This document shows, piece by piece, positions 25,225-39,000 of a DNA stretch of 64,000 nucleotides. The notes under the pieces were generated by a model that saw nothing but the letters and a program-made list of their open reading frames with translations, was not told the origin of the DNA and did no database searches. The DNA comes from Mobula hypostoma (lineage: Eukaryota). How positions within the stretch are numbered: position 1 is the stretch's first letter; each line of letters begins with the position of its first letter. Made by a program: the position numbers and the translations under genes. The stretch lies in NCBI RefSeq assembly GCF_963921235.1, contig NC_086108.1, positions 17,112,001-17,176,000 on the forward strand. Reading direction: 5' to 3'.

Positions 25225-25564
25225 TTGAAGTATTCCAACAGTCTGAGTGAATGAGATGTTCCAATACTTGTTGATGAGGGATAGATACTGTATGTAATGT
25301 GTAACCATTGGGATGATGCTTAACTCGAAAAGGAACCTGCCAGCTTGGTGGTGATCCTAAGTACCTGCTACATTTTTTCCTTCGGACACTAGAAACTATG
25401 GATTTGTTGGAGTTGTTCGAAGAAGCCTTGTTAAATTGTTGTGTGCATTTCCTAGATAGCACCCTTGTGGTATAAGGAGAGAATTATCAGGGTGATTGGT
25501 TAGTCGAGACAGCTGCTTTATGCTTGATAGTTTAAGAAAATTTTGAAGCAAGTAGATAGTAGAT

Positions 25565-25870
25565 ATACCTTCCCTTGGGTCCCCTCCTCCTTCCCTTTCT
25601 CCTATTGTCCATTCACCTCTTCAATCAGATTCCTTCCTCTCTAGTCCTTTACCTTTCCCACCTACCTGGCTTCTAGCAATCCTCCTTTTCCTCCTCCACC
25701 TTTTTATTTTGATATCCTCCTGCTTCCTTTCCAATCCTGAAGAAGGGTCTCGACCTGAAATGTCAACTGTTTGTTCCTTTTCATAGATCCTGCCTGACCT
25801 GCTGAGTTCCTTCAGCATTTTGTATGTGTTGCTTTGGATTTCCAGTATTGGCAGAATTTCTTGTGTTTAG
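25565..25870 (+). mobile_element. Penelope pLTR fragment with hammerhead motif (25731-25769)
   Basis: CTGAAGA agggtctcgacct GAAA tGTC aactg; 10-bp TSD gatagtagat at 25555-25564 and 25871-25880. Confidence 0.85.
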
Positions 25871-26569
25871 GATAGTAGATTTATGCCTTGTCAATGATTC
25901 AAATGTTTAAGCAGTCAGGTCACAGGCACTGAATCTCTTTTAACCGTAGAATTTATGTGGCTGGTTCAGTGATGTTTGTGGTCATTAATGACCCTCAGTG
26001 TGGGATATCACAATAGCTTTGAGTGTCAGTGCTTTACAAAATGGAAGAGGTATATTTGAAATATAAATAATCATGAAATTCACCTGTGTCCTGTGGGGAC
26101 CCCAGCATCAAATACAGTGAAGGGAGTATGACTGTTAGCTCAGAAGCAACCTTTAAAAATCTGTCTGAGGAAGGATGACTGATATCCATCCATACAATAA
26201 ACTATGTTGCAATTAGCAATCATGTAGTCGCAACACAGATTACTGGCAAGAATCACTGGTTTGTTAGAAAGCTACAGATCATTTAAGTGATAGGTCTTTT
26301 GGAGAAACCAGAGTAAGTGTTTCCAGTAATTCTACTTGAAAATTGAGAAAGAACTGGCAGCTCACTCATTGTTCAACACCCTTGCACTCTTCCCCCAACC
26401 CCGCAACTAAATGTGGCCTTCCCTGTGATATAGAGTAATTCATTTTGTTGTTAGTTGCCTTCTGGTACATAATCTTTCTGCTTTGTTTAAAAAGAATCCT
26501 TGTGTGACCAAAAATCCAGCAGTAATTTGAATATTTGTTAGTGATATGAGTAGGCATCCTTCAGAATTG

Positions 26570-28830
26570 CCCTCAATCTCAAATACTTAGATACTTAAAG
26601 ACCAACCACCAGATAAAACTGAAACACAGAGCCCTCAGGCCACCCCTCTCTATCATTCTCTTGGCTAATATCCAATGTCTGGAAAATAAAATTGAAGATC
26701 TCAGGGCAGTATTGCTGTACCTGAGGGATATCAAGGACTGCTGCACACTCTGCTTCACAGAGACAGACTTATCCCCAGCACTCCAGACATAGCTCTCCAG
26801 CCTGAGGACTTCATTTTCCACTGCATGGACATGACAGTGGCATCAGGTAAAGGCAGAGGTTTTGGCATTTGCTTCATGGTGAACTCATCCTGGTGGACAG
26901 ACATGGTGGTTCTGCCTCGGTCCTTCTCCTCTGACCTGGAACACTTGGTGGCCACATGTCATCCATTCTGTCATCTTGGGTTGCAATGTACATTCCACGT
27001 ATGGCAAACATGAGGAGCAAGCACCATAATCAGCAGTCATGAGACATTGCACCCTGAGGCCTTCCAGGTCATTGCACATTACTTTGACCAGACCAGCTTG
27101 AAGAACAGTCTGACCAACTACCAGCAACATGGTACCTGTGGAACCAGAGTACCCAACACTGTTACACCATCATCATGAGCACTTTCTGTGTCAACCTATG
27201 CCTGCATTTTGACAAGTGTGGCTGTACTTCCACTCTCAGCATATAGGCAGAGACTGAGGACTGCAGCAACAGTGGTGAGGACCACAAAAATATGGTCAAG
27301 GGAGGCAGAGGAGCACTTAGAGGACTGCTTTGAATTGGTGGACTGGACCATATTCGGGAATTCATCTTTGGATCTGAATGAATATGCCACAGTTGTCACT
27401 AACTTCATAAAGACCTGTGTGGATGCGTGTATGCCTTTGAGAACTACCAAACATATCTAAACCAGAGCCCATGAATGAATCAGGAGATTCACAGTCTGAT
27501 GATGGTAAGATATATGCATTCAAGATTATCCAGAACCTTATAAGAAATCCAAGTTTGACCTATGGAAAGCCATTGTGAGAGCAAAAAGGCAATTCTGTGT
27601 GAGGATAGAAATACAGTCAGACAAATGACAGCTGTGGCAGGGTTTGCACGCCATTACACCCAAAAGGCAAACACCAACAGCATAAATGGCTATAATGCTT
27701 TACTCCCTGTTGAGCTCAAAGCTTATTATGCATGATTTGAAAGGGAGAATAAAACTACAGCTGTGCAAATCCCCACATATCTGTACTCTCTGTCTTGGAG
27801 GCTGACTTCAGAACATCGTTCAAAAGAGTGAACCTGCACAAGGTGTCAGACCCCAATGGTGTACCTCACTGTAACTGAAAATCGGGAGTGTTCAAGGACA
27901 TCTTCAATCTCTCACTGCTGTAGTCAGATATTCCCACCTGCTTCAAAAGGATGTCAATCATACGGGTGTGCAAGTAGAGCAGGATGAGCTGCACCGATGA
28001 CTATCACCTGGTACCACTCACATCTACAAAGTGCTTTGAGAGGCTAGAATGAACTTTTGCTTGAGCAAAGGCCTGGACCTGATGCAATTTGCCTCCTGCC
28101 ACATCAGGTCTACATGGATGCAATCTCACTGGTTTTCCGATTGTCTTTGGAGCACCTTGACAAAAGCAATACATGGGTTAGGCTGCTATTTATTGATTAC
28201 AGCTTGGCGTTCAACACCATCATCCCCTCAGTACTGATCAACAAGTTTCTAAAGCTGGTCCTCTACACCTCCCTCTGCAACTGGGTCCTTGTCTTCCTCA
28301 TCAGGAGACCATAGTAACAACATCTTCCCATCGCTGACACAGGTGCACCTCAAGGCTGCATGCTTAATCCACTGCTCTACTCTCTCTACACCCATGACTG
28401 TGTGACTAGGCAAAGGTCAAACACCATCTATAAATTTGCCGATGACACCACTATTGTTGGCAGAATCTCAGTAGGCTATGAAGTGGCCTGAGTAACAAAA
28501 GTGAGCTAGATAGGTTGATTGAGTGGTGTCGCAACAACAACCTTGCACTCAACATCAGCAAGGCCAAGGAATCGATTGTGGACTTCAGGAAGGAGAAGAG
28601 AAGACACATCAGTCCTCATTGAGGGTCAAGGGTGGAAAGGATAATTGGCTTTAATTCCTGGGTGTAAACAGCACAGAAATTGTATCCTGGGCCCAACATA
28701 TTGATGCAATCACGAAGAAGTCGGACCAGCGGCTCTACTTCATTAGGAGTTTGAGGAGATTTGGTATGTGACCAAAGACTCTTAATAAATTTCTACGGAT
28801 TTACTGTGGAGAGCATTCGGAATGCCACTG
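26570..28830 (+). mobile_element. Long degenerate Rex1/Babar LINE (APE + RT)
   Basis: ILLANIQCLENK, CFTET, LEDCFELVDW, VRLLFIDYSLAFNTIIP, KFADDTT motifs with many stops. Confidence 0.88.
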
Positions 28831-28939
28831 TAGGATTATGTTCAAGTGAAGTACGGAAAAGGTTTATTTTGAGAAATTAAGAATTGGGTGACATTCACGT
28901 GCAGTTTAAAAATGTGTTCTGTTTCACTTGCTCACACTG

Positions 28940-29185
28940 TAGTTTAAAGCTGAAGAGTATAGAACTTTCTTCTCCCAGAGGATAGTGAATCTCTGGAATT
29001 CTCTATCCCAGAGAGCAGAGGACACTATTTGTATCAAAAATGGAGATAGTTAAATATTTGGAAGGCCAGGGGATTGAAGGCTATGGAGAACTGGTACAGA
29101 AGAAGAAATGAGGCTGGGAAAGTTCAGGTAAGATCTTATTGAACATTAGCACTTATATGAGAGGCCGAATGGCCTATTCCTGTTC
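28940..29185 (+). mobile_element. Old CR1 3' fragment
   Basis: ttcttctcccagaggatagtgaatctctggaattc ... ggccgaatggcctattcctgttcct. Confidence 0.7.
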
Positions 29186-29267
29186 CTTTTGTGCTTTTCT
29201 TTGTGAGTGAAATCCACAAGACTCCGGGGACATGTTATGATATTCTCTCCTTTTGAACCTGCAACAG

Positions 29268-29454
29268 TGAAGATACTGCCACAAGACATCACCTCCAGCG
29301 GGGAGCCAATGCCACCTGTCCCTTTGTCCAAGCCTCTTCAAAGAGCAGACAGGGATGATGAACCACTGTTGCCAGGGACTGGATCAGCACACTTCACAGA
29401 TAAGCCCATGCCAAATCCAGCCAGAAAACCTTTAGACAACAATCGGCAACTGTT
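29268..29454 (+). CDS. Probable internal exon of KIAA1614-like gene
   Basis: Pyrimidine tract + CAG acceptor, GTGAGT donor; phase-1 start fits donor 22994 (g+tg=V, then KILPQDITSSGEPMPP...), open throughout. Confidence 0.65.
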
Positions 29455-29959
29455 GTGAGTTAAAGCTCCAATTGCATTCAAAAGATTTCCTGGCTAAACT
29501 TGTGTACCAGGGCTGGTAGGCATCAAGGTAGATGCACTATGAACAAACAAAAAAAAAGCATGGGGGTAGGGGGTCATGGTAGGGTCCAAGTAGCTACCTA
29601 AAATGTTTTCTGCGTTTGTAGATTCATCTGGGAAGCTCTTATTAGCCACATATAGTCAGTGATGAGAAGTGAAGGGTGGGCATTGGATGTTTGGGCATCA
29701 GATGCCAGTTTGGATGATAGTTCTGTTACCACTTACTTTTGTGTTAGAAGATTGTGGGATCCACTCCAAAGTTCAAGGAACTAGCTGCGCAAGTGCAGTG
29801 CAGAAGCTTGAGTGTAGACTCATGCTGAGCAATATTTCTCTGCCGAAAGTGCTATCTTTTAGATGAACTGCTCTATGAAAATGATGTTGATCTCATAACT
29901 GGCATAAAGGTAACATTGTTTGTGCTACTTTAATATGTTTTTAATTTCAGGTGGTCCCA

Positions 29960-30497
29960 CAGCCTATTTAATTTGTGGGTATTGGCCTTTATGTCTCTCA
30001 TGGCCAGGAGGGCGATCTTGCTCAAGTGGAAGGAGGCTGTCCCGCTCACTCATGTTCAATGGCTATCTGATGTTCTGTTATGCTTTGATCTAGAGAAGAT
30101 TCACTGTTCGATTTCTGATTCTAAACATGATTTTCTAATGTTATGGGGACCCTTATTTTCACAATCTTTGAACTGTTATTAAAGTATAGATCTGCGCTAT
30201 TATTATTATTATAATATCATATGGTCAGCTATTTTTCTTTTTTCCTTTTTTTTTACCAACCAGCTCATTTTGGAAGTGGGGGTAGATTTTTTTTAATAAA
30301 ATACAATTATTTTATCTTATTTAATTTCATAATTCAATCTTTTTTTATACATGATTGATTTGGAATATGGGAAACTGTGATCATATTACTGTGATTTATA
30401 TGTAAAGTAATTCATATTATTTACTTGTATCCTTATGAATTTTGTATTTGTATTCATGCAATTTATAAAATATCAATAAAACTAATGAAAAAGAAAG
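29960..30497 (+). mobile_element. L1-clade LINE 3' end
   Basis: LMARRAILLKWK...W...LEKI ORF2 C-terminus; AT-rich UTR, AATAAA and A-rich tail. Confidence 0.8.
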
Positions 30498-30789
30498 CCT
30501 ATTTAAATAGTTGTGGAACCATCAGAAATTGTAAAGGATGCTGCACGAGAAGCAAGCCCTTTTTTCTAAGAAAGGGGGAAAGTGCACAAATATTTTGCCC
30601 TTGTGAAGTAGACTTATGATATAAATCAACGGAAGAAAGCTAGCATTAGTGTCCTTGAAGCAGAGGATTAGGTGTAAATAAGATCATTTGGTTAAGGGGA
30701 AAGAAAAGGGGCAATTAGAGAGAGATTCTGTACAAAGGAATTTGAAGGCTGCAAAACATGGAGCTGTAGTATATATATCCAGAAGATCA

Positions 30790-30901
30790 GGCTAATGAGG
30801 GGACTTTGAGCTGAAATGTTAACCTTGTTTCTTTCTTCGCAGATGCTACCTGACTTACTGAGTTTTTCCAGCATTTTCTGTTTTTATTTCAGATTTCCAG
30901 C
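30790..30901 (+). mobile_element. Ancient Penelope-type pLTR end with decayed hammerhead
   Basis: ctaatgagg..ctgaaatgttaac...cagatgctacctgacttactgagtttttccagcatttt...gatttccagc. Confidence 0.65.
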
Positions 30902-32934
30902 CACCTCTTTATTTTCATAGATTATCCTATTCTCTGAGAAAAGAACCATCAGCTATCAACTGGGTGGCAGGTCAGAGAACTCATTCAGGTGAGAGGTGGA
31001 TAAAATTCTGACTTGAGTAACTCCATCTTCATGCGGCTGAATATGACTTAATATTTTGGTCACATGCCTGTGCCATCACTTGCACCATCTAATTCTGTCT
31101 CTTTGATATTGCTTAACTCCACCAAACTCCTATCTTCCTTGTACTAAACTGTCATCATTCTTGTTAGCCCTAGACATGTTAAATGTAAAGCACTCATGGC
31201 CACCCTCCTTGTTCACCAGCTCCAGTCTCCCTGCTTTTGGCAGTCCCTCAGAATCTAGGATGAATTGTTTCCTTCTAGTTCTGTGATTCTCACCTTCATG
31301 ATGATGTTAGTGTGTGATCCGCAGACAGATGGAGAGGAAGGAGTGGTTAGTTCATTCATAATTTCTGGTCCTCTGTGCAATGATGTCTTTTGTCAATGAG
31401 TGTCACTTAATCAGTCATTGAATGGTGGAGGCCTGCCTCAACACAACTTTAAGGGTCTGATATTACCTTGGCTGCAGCCAGAGACTTTGAAGTGTCCATC
31501 TCCATATAGGTAAATTCTTTGTTTTTTACTGGTGATTGGTCTCATAAATGCCTAGCTGTTAATGTGCTACCTGCTACCAATGTCCCTCCCAGCACTCTCC
31601 CCACAATAGCCTTTACAACTGACTACCATCCAGTACTCTCCCAACCAACCGACACCCTGGATTACACTTCTGAACAACAGACTCCACGCCATCTTCACTA
31701 ATCATCTCTCTTCAACTGAATCTACTCTGGCCAGTTCCCTCCCCATCCAAAACCTAATTAACCCATTTAAGTGAGCATTGATTCATCAGATAAGGGAGGT
31801 CATTAACTGATTAAATCAGAAGAGGTTTTGTTGTCATGTTTGACATTCCAAACTGCATATATAAAACCAGTCCCTATAGTCTATAATATAAAGTAGAGAT
31901 GAACTACATGCTTAAGTAACATTCTGCCTTCTTGTCCAGCACCTCTCAGGGTACCTCTAGAATTCAGCACATTACTAACAGTCAACACGACTCTTGATCT
32001 CTCGTGAAGGCCTTCTTTGCATCAATTGGTCGCAACACAGTCAGTAAACTAAACAGTCTCTGATCATCCAGCATGGAGCAGATGAACTGGCAATCGACAG
32101 AGTACAAATCTGGGGAGCTGTGTTGTGAACAGGCCTGAAGAAACCTATGGAAGACTCCCTCTCTACAATCACTATGGCTGGTACACAGTCTCAATTGTTT
32201 TACTGAATGATGTGGAGGATTACATTTAAAAATTGAGAAGTTATGTTTAGAGTATGAAAGATGTCCAATGGTCAGTGAGTCTCCAATGTGGGAGATCTAT
32301 GAACTGCACATATTGCTCCAAATGGGAACTGCTCTTCGCATGAAGCCGTCTGAATGCTGCCATACTTTTAACATACTTTTCCCCAATTTTGTGAGTTTTT
32401 TTAAGGGGCAGGGGAGATCTGGGTGACTATTAACAATATACAGAGAGTACGTTTATCACATTAAAAGAGAATGGACTCTTTTGGGCAAATGTTTCTTCTT
32501 GAGAGAGAAAGCAGAACCAAAGGGCACAAATGTGAATTAAGAATGGAGTGACCATCCAACTCTTGGTCCTGCTTTGCCGATCACTTGGATTTTGGATGAT
32601 ATGAATTTTAACGTGGTTTTGCAGCCTGAGATAGTTAATATAGTTAATATAATAAAATTATAGTTAATATAATAAAATAGTTCAGTATCCTATTGAAGAA
32701 AAACTTTCACACAGGGAGTTTTGGGAACTTGGAAACTCTAAGTAGTTGAGGTAAATGCCACTGATGTCCTTGAGGATAAATTAGATAAGTAAATGAAGGG
32801 AATGAAGAGTACACAGGTTGGGTTAGATGAACTTGGCATAATGGAGGACTTGTGGAATTTTCTATGAACCATGAAGCATTCTTGTCAGCCTGCAACAGGG
32901 GAAGGATTAAGTGAATAGTATAAATTGTCCATGA

Positions 32935-32950
32935 GCGCCACCAGGTGGCA
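32935..32950. promoter_or_regulatory. Candidate CTCF site (palindromic)
   Basis: gcGCCACCAGGTGGCa matches the CCASYAGRKGGCR consensus in non-repeat DNA. Confidence 0.5.
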
Positions 32951-35900
32951 AAGAAGAATATGCATATGTGATAATGGTATGATATTAGGTCTGGCAGCTA
33001 GAAATTGTGAATTCAAAGTCACATGATTTCAATAATCTGATGACTGGAAGCTGCTGCATAAATGTAAGAACCCAACAAGTCAGCTTGTCACGCAGTACAA
33101 TTAACCTGGCAAATGGCTCCCATTCAACATTGTTCGATTGCCATACCAGGGAATTTTCCAGATACGATTCAGACCCATCAACAGGTTATGAAAATTCCTC
33201 GAAGTCCTGAAAGATTGGAGAAATCTTGGGTCACTCTGGGTTGAAGTTTCCCACTCACATCTTCCTTTAGAGTCACTCATGTGGAGGTGCTCCTTGAGTT
33301 TTCACAGTACAATTTTGCTCCAAAATTCCATCATCTGCGGTCTATTATGTCTACAATTAATCATCGATGATCTCAGGACAACAAGGGGTGGGTAATAAAT
33401 CTTTACCTGTTTGACTGTAGTAACATTGGTTGTAGGAACACCTATGCATCAGCAGTACTGTTGCTCCTATTCCAGTAACTTCTGCTGTTTTTGTTCAGCC
33501 CTTGTTACCTCCAGACCCTACAGTTCTGGTGCTCTCCTGATGGCCTCAAATATTCTACTTCAATTTGCAGGCCAAACAGCAACTGTGGCAAGAAAAGAAG
33601 TTAACATTTCAGCTTCTAGATCCTTTATTTTAAACAGTTACTGAATCTCAGCTGCATGTCCCTTGCTGAGATTCCAGCAGCATCTTATTCTGTTGTGAAG
33701 ACTGACAAACCTCAGGAAAGTCCTTTGCCTCCAGAGTAAGTTTACTTAATGATCTTTCATCATCCCAACTCCTTTTCAGTTAACTCTTTGTCCATTTTTC
33801 TGTATTTGCTGTCTATCTTTTTTCATGCTCTTTCTTTGGCTCTCTCATTTCCTTTTTGCTTTCTTTCTGAGTTTCTCTAATCTGACTGCTTTCCATGTAG
33901 TAATAAATGATCATTTGTCATTTGCTCTCTTTCCTGATCAGTTTTACTCTCTAAGGTTATGATCATACAGGAAGCAGGGGCATTGCTGCTCTGTGTGAAT
34001 ACAACGAGACCATAGATGAAATATCTCCACTTTAAAGGCCTTACACAGTTTTGGTGCCAAGCTTTGATTCCAACTTACCTTCGCCAGAACTATCCTCAAC
34101 CCAGAAAATAACTCTTCTCCAATGCACTATTTTTTAACATTGAACTATATATTTCTTAGAGGTATTCTGAACATTAGGATCACTCTTTCCCACAAAACTT
34201 ACTTCACTTGGCCAAATTAATTTAACTGCTTCATTGCACCAAAATCATATTGTTCATACAAGTTCTCCCTTATGTTATTGCTATGTCAGTCTATATCTCG
34301 ATAGTTGAAGTTTCCCATTTTTGCTAGCCTTAGACTTAACATATTCCTGCACTTCCCATACAAATCCATTAGACCATAAGGCATTGGAGCAGAATTAGGC
34401 CATTTGGCCCATTGAGTCTGCTCTGCCAGTTGATCATGGCTGATCTATTTCCCACTCAAACTAATTCTCCTGCCCTCTGTAACCTTTCACAACCTGACTA
34501 ATCAAGAATCCTATCAACCTCCCCCTTAAATACACTGAATGACCTGGTCTCCACAGCCGCCTGTGGCAACAAATTCCACAGATTCGCCATCCTTTGGCTA
34601 AAGGAATTCTTCCTCTTCCTCTATGTTCTAAATGGACATTCCTTTATTCTGAGGCTATGCCCTCTGGTCGTTGACTCCCAAGCTATAGGACACATCCTCT
34701 CCACATCCATTCCTTTCAACATTCAATAGGTTTCAATGAGATCTCCCTTATTCTTTTAAATTCCATTGAGTACAGGCCCAGAGTCATCTATTGCTCCTCA
34801 AACAATAAGCCTTTCATTCCTGGAATCGTTCTCATGAACCTCCCCTGAACTCTCTCCAATGTCAGCACATCCTTTCTTAAATAAGGGTCCCGAAACTGCT
34901 CACAATACTCTAAGTGAAGCCTTATAAAGACTCAGCATTGCATCCTTGCTTTAATATTCTAGCCCTTTCAAAATGAATGCTAATATTGCATTTGCCTTCC
35001 TTACCACTGACTCAACCTGCATATTAACCTTTATGGAATCCTGCAGGGGGACTCCCAATTTCCATTGCAACATAGATTTTTGAATTTTCTCTGTTTAGTA
35101 AATAGTCTGTGCTTTTATTCCTTCTATCAAAGTGCATGACCATACACTTCTGACACTATATTCCATTAGCCACTTCTTTGCCCATTCTTCTCCTCAACCC
35201 AAGTCCCCTGTGACGTCCCTGCTTCCTCAACCTTACTTGCCCCTCCACCTATCTTCGTATCATCTGCAAACATGAATTCCATCTTTGAAATCATTCACTT
35301 GCAACATTAAAAGAAGTGGTCCCAATAATGACCCCTACAGAACACCACTTGTCACTGGCAGCCAATCAGAAAAGGCTCCCCTTATTCCCACTCTTTACCT
35401 TCTGCCAATGTGCCAATGCTCTATCCATGCTAGTATCTTCCCTGTAATAGCGCACCTTTAAGCAGTCACCTGTGTGGCACCTTGTCAAAGGCCTTTTGAA
35501 AATCTGAGTAAACAACATCTATTGATTCACACTTGTCTATCCTGCTTATTATTTCCTCAAAGAATAGTAGCAGATTTGTCAGGCAAGAATTTCACTTAAG
35601 GAAACTTAATGCTGATTTTATCAACTGCCTCCAAGTACCCCGAAACAACATCCTTAACAATCAACTCCAACATCTTCCCAACCACTGAGGTCAGGCTAAC
35701 TGGCCTATAATTTCCTTTCTTCTACTTCTCTCCCTTCCTGAAGAGTGGAGTGACATTTGCAATTTTCCAGTCCTCAGGAACCATTTCAGGATCTAGCGAT
35801 TCTTAAAAGATCATTACTAATGTCTCTGCAATCTCTTCAGATACCTCTTTCAGAAACCTGGGGTGTACACCATTTGGTCCATGTGACTTATCTACCTTCA

Positions 35901-36045
35901 GACCTTTCAGTTCCCCCAGCACCTCCTGAAGAAACATTTGGTATCCTATTTGATATCATGGGCTAGCATATCTTCATATTTAATCTGTCCACCCTTATGG
36001 CTTTTTTAGTTGGCTTTTGTTGACAGTTCTCAATACAGTCTCGAT

Positions 36046-39000
36046 CCTTGCTTCGGATACTCCAGCATTTGGGTCCAAATCATCCTTGTCAAGGATTCTC
36101 ATCACATTATGATTGAGCCAGTGTGGACCCAGTGGTGTATCAGAGTCTTTCGTCTGCTGTGGCCAACCACAGTGAAACAATTTCCAGACAAAGCCTGGAG
36201 ATACATGACCTCCAGGTAGCCATTAGTCAGCTTTCACAAGAGGGAAGTCAAAGTAACTTGAGAGAGTCAGTCAGTCGCTCTGCAGACCCAGTACATCTTC
36301 CAACTCTGGAGAGATTCGATGATGACCTGTGATCTTGCCATGGGTTCCTCATTCAAAGCTCATTAGTGTTTGAACTCCAGACATCCTGTTTCCCTTTGGA
36401 ACTTCATTATGTCTCTTCTGACTGGAATTGCCCTGACCTGGGCCACAGCTCATTCAGAATGCAGGTCAGAGATTTGGATTTGGAGGAATTCAGGCCACCA
36501 TGAGGAAGGTGTTCCTGGAACCAGCCGACATTCGGACTGTGCGATGAAGATTCAACAGGGTGGATGGTCAGTGGCCAACTACAAGATTGAATTCTGGATC
36601 TTGACCCAAGAGAATGGCTGGAAAGCTTTGTCCACTCTATATCATCATGGACTCAGAGATGAACTGAAGGATCCCTCACCTTGGGAGAGGCAGCAGAGAA
36701 CTTAGAAGTTCTGGTTGACCAGTCCATTCATCTTGATAATCATCTGGTAAAGTGAAAGTGGGACTACTTCAGGAAGTCGGAGACAGCCAGTCCGAGCCCA
36801 GTCCCAATGCATAGCAGTTCCACTCCCCAACCTTGGACCATGGCCAGCCAGTCGCCTGTTCAGGATCCTGTCAGGATAGCTGCACTGGACTCTTTGCCGA
36901 TGAGCAGACCTGGCGTTGGAGTCAAGGTAGCTGTTTTTACTGTGGGGAATCAGGTCACCTACGGGCTCAGACTGTTGGGAGAACTGCTAAGATTGTCCTG
37001 TGTCAGGAGGACTGTGATGGTAGCAGCCACTACTCCCTATCCCATGGATACTGATTTCATGCTGAAGGAAAGGTTCACCGGGGGAAGAACCCAAGGCAGG
37101 TGAAGGCTTTTGTGGACACTGGGGCAGTGGGTAATTTTCTAAACTTAGGAACTGCCTGTTGGCTTGACATACCACTGTGAGATTTGAGCCAGTTGTTGCC
37201 CGCAACTGTCTTAGATGGACTTGAAGGAGGTCCTCAGCAAGGGAAAGTTCTCGACTCTTCCACCACACTGTCCCTATGACTGTGCTGTTGACCTGCTGTC
37301 TGGTACTTGTCTTCCATGGGGTTGATTGTAGGCACTCTCAGGCCCAGAGAGAAGCTCAATGGAACAGTAAATAAAAGAGGCTTCTTGTCAAGGGCTTCAT
37401 TCGGCCCTCCACCTCACCAACCAGTGCAGGCTTCTTCTTCGTACAAAAGAAAGATGAGAGCCTGCAGCCATGCATTGATTACAGTGGATTAAACTGCATT
37501 ACAGACGAGAATCATTACCCACTTCCACTCATGAATGCAGCCTCTGAGATGCTCCAAGGAGCGAGAGTATTCACAAAGCCAGACCTGCAGAGAGCATACA
37601 ATCTGCTTCATATAAAGGAGGAGGATGAGTGGAAGACCGCATCGAGTATATCGATGGGACACTATCAGTAGTTGGTTATGCCTTTTCAGTCTTGCTCCAG
37701 CAGTCTTTCAGACCTTTATTAACGACGTGCTCTGGAATACTTTCCATTAATATGCCTTTGTCTACTTGGATGTTACCCTAATCTTCTCAAAGTCTACGGA
37801 GGAGCACATTATTCATGTCAGAGACATTTTAAAGAGGCTTCTAGACCATGGGCTTTATGTAAGCTGGAAAAATCTGAATTTCATGCAACAACCATTTCTT
37901 TTTTGGGTTTCATCATCTCCAATGGTAAACTCAAGATGGACCCAACCAATGCCAAGGCAGTCAGAGACTGGCCACCACCATACAATGTCTAACACAGCGG
38001 TCCCCAACCACTGGGCCGCGGACCGGTACCGGGCCGCAGAGCATGCGCTACCGGGCCACGAGGAAGCAATATGATTTGGCGATATGAGTCAGCTGCACCT
38101 TTCCTCATTCCCTGTCATGGCCACTGATCAGCCATTACGCATGCGAGGTCATGACCCACGCGTCATCCGTGTCAGGGCGGGAAGGTGATCAACTCCTCGA
38201 GCTTGCAAATGACGACGGGCTGAAAAGTATGTTTGACATCACATCTCTGTCGGCATTTTGGATCAAAGTCAAGGCTAAATATCCTAAGATAGCTACGAAA
38301 GCATTGAAAACGTTGCTTCCATTTCCAACATTTTTCTGCGAAGAGGAGTTTTCTGCAATGAATGCAACGAAAATTAAACTGCGGAATAGACTGGACATAA
38401 GGAACCCCCTTCGAGTATTGATGTCTCCCATCACCCCTCGATAGGGCGGTGTTGTTGCAGGGAAACAAGCCCAGGGCTCCCACTGATTCAGCGATATTGG
38501 TGTGTTGCAATGATTTTATATATTCATGCGGGGAAAATATTTGCTGTGCGTTTAAGATCCAAATGTTACTTAAAATGTTATGATGCTATTGACTTATAAG
38601 TGACCTATATAACCATATAACAATTACAGCATGGAAACAGGCCATCCCGGCCCTTCTAGTCCGTGCCGAACGCTACTCTCACCTAGTCCCGCCGACCTGC
38701 ACTCAGCCCATAACCCTCCATTCCTTTCCTGTCCATATACCTATCCAATCTTTCTTTAAATGATCATATGGAACCTGCTTCTGCCACTTCTACTGGAAGT
38801 TCGTTCAACACTTACTTCAAGCTCCCCTGATAATTGACTTATCATTATATTCATGCGAGGAAAATATGCGCTCTGTGTTTAGTGTTAAATTCGTTAGGTA
38901 AACCCTTTTAGAAACAAAATTGAGTGTATTACCCACTTATCACCTATATTCTGGTAGTGATTAATGCCCACCCCCACGAACAGAATCGCCAAAAAGGATT

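Noticed and set aside
32630..32685. AT-rich tandem duplication
   Set aside because: Short slippage product with no further structure.
33955..34035. Possible exon GYDHTGSRGIAALCEYNETIDEISPL* after a pyrimidine-rich stretch
   Set aside because: Its phase does not fit the 29454 donor, no intervening exon was found, and no homology was recognised.
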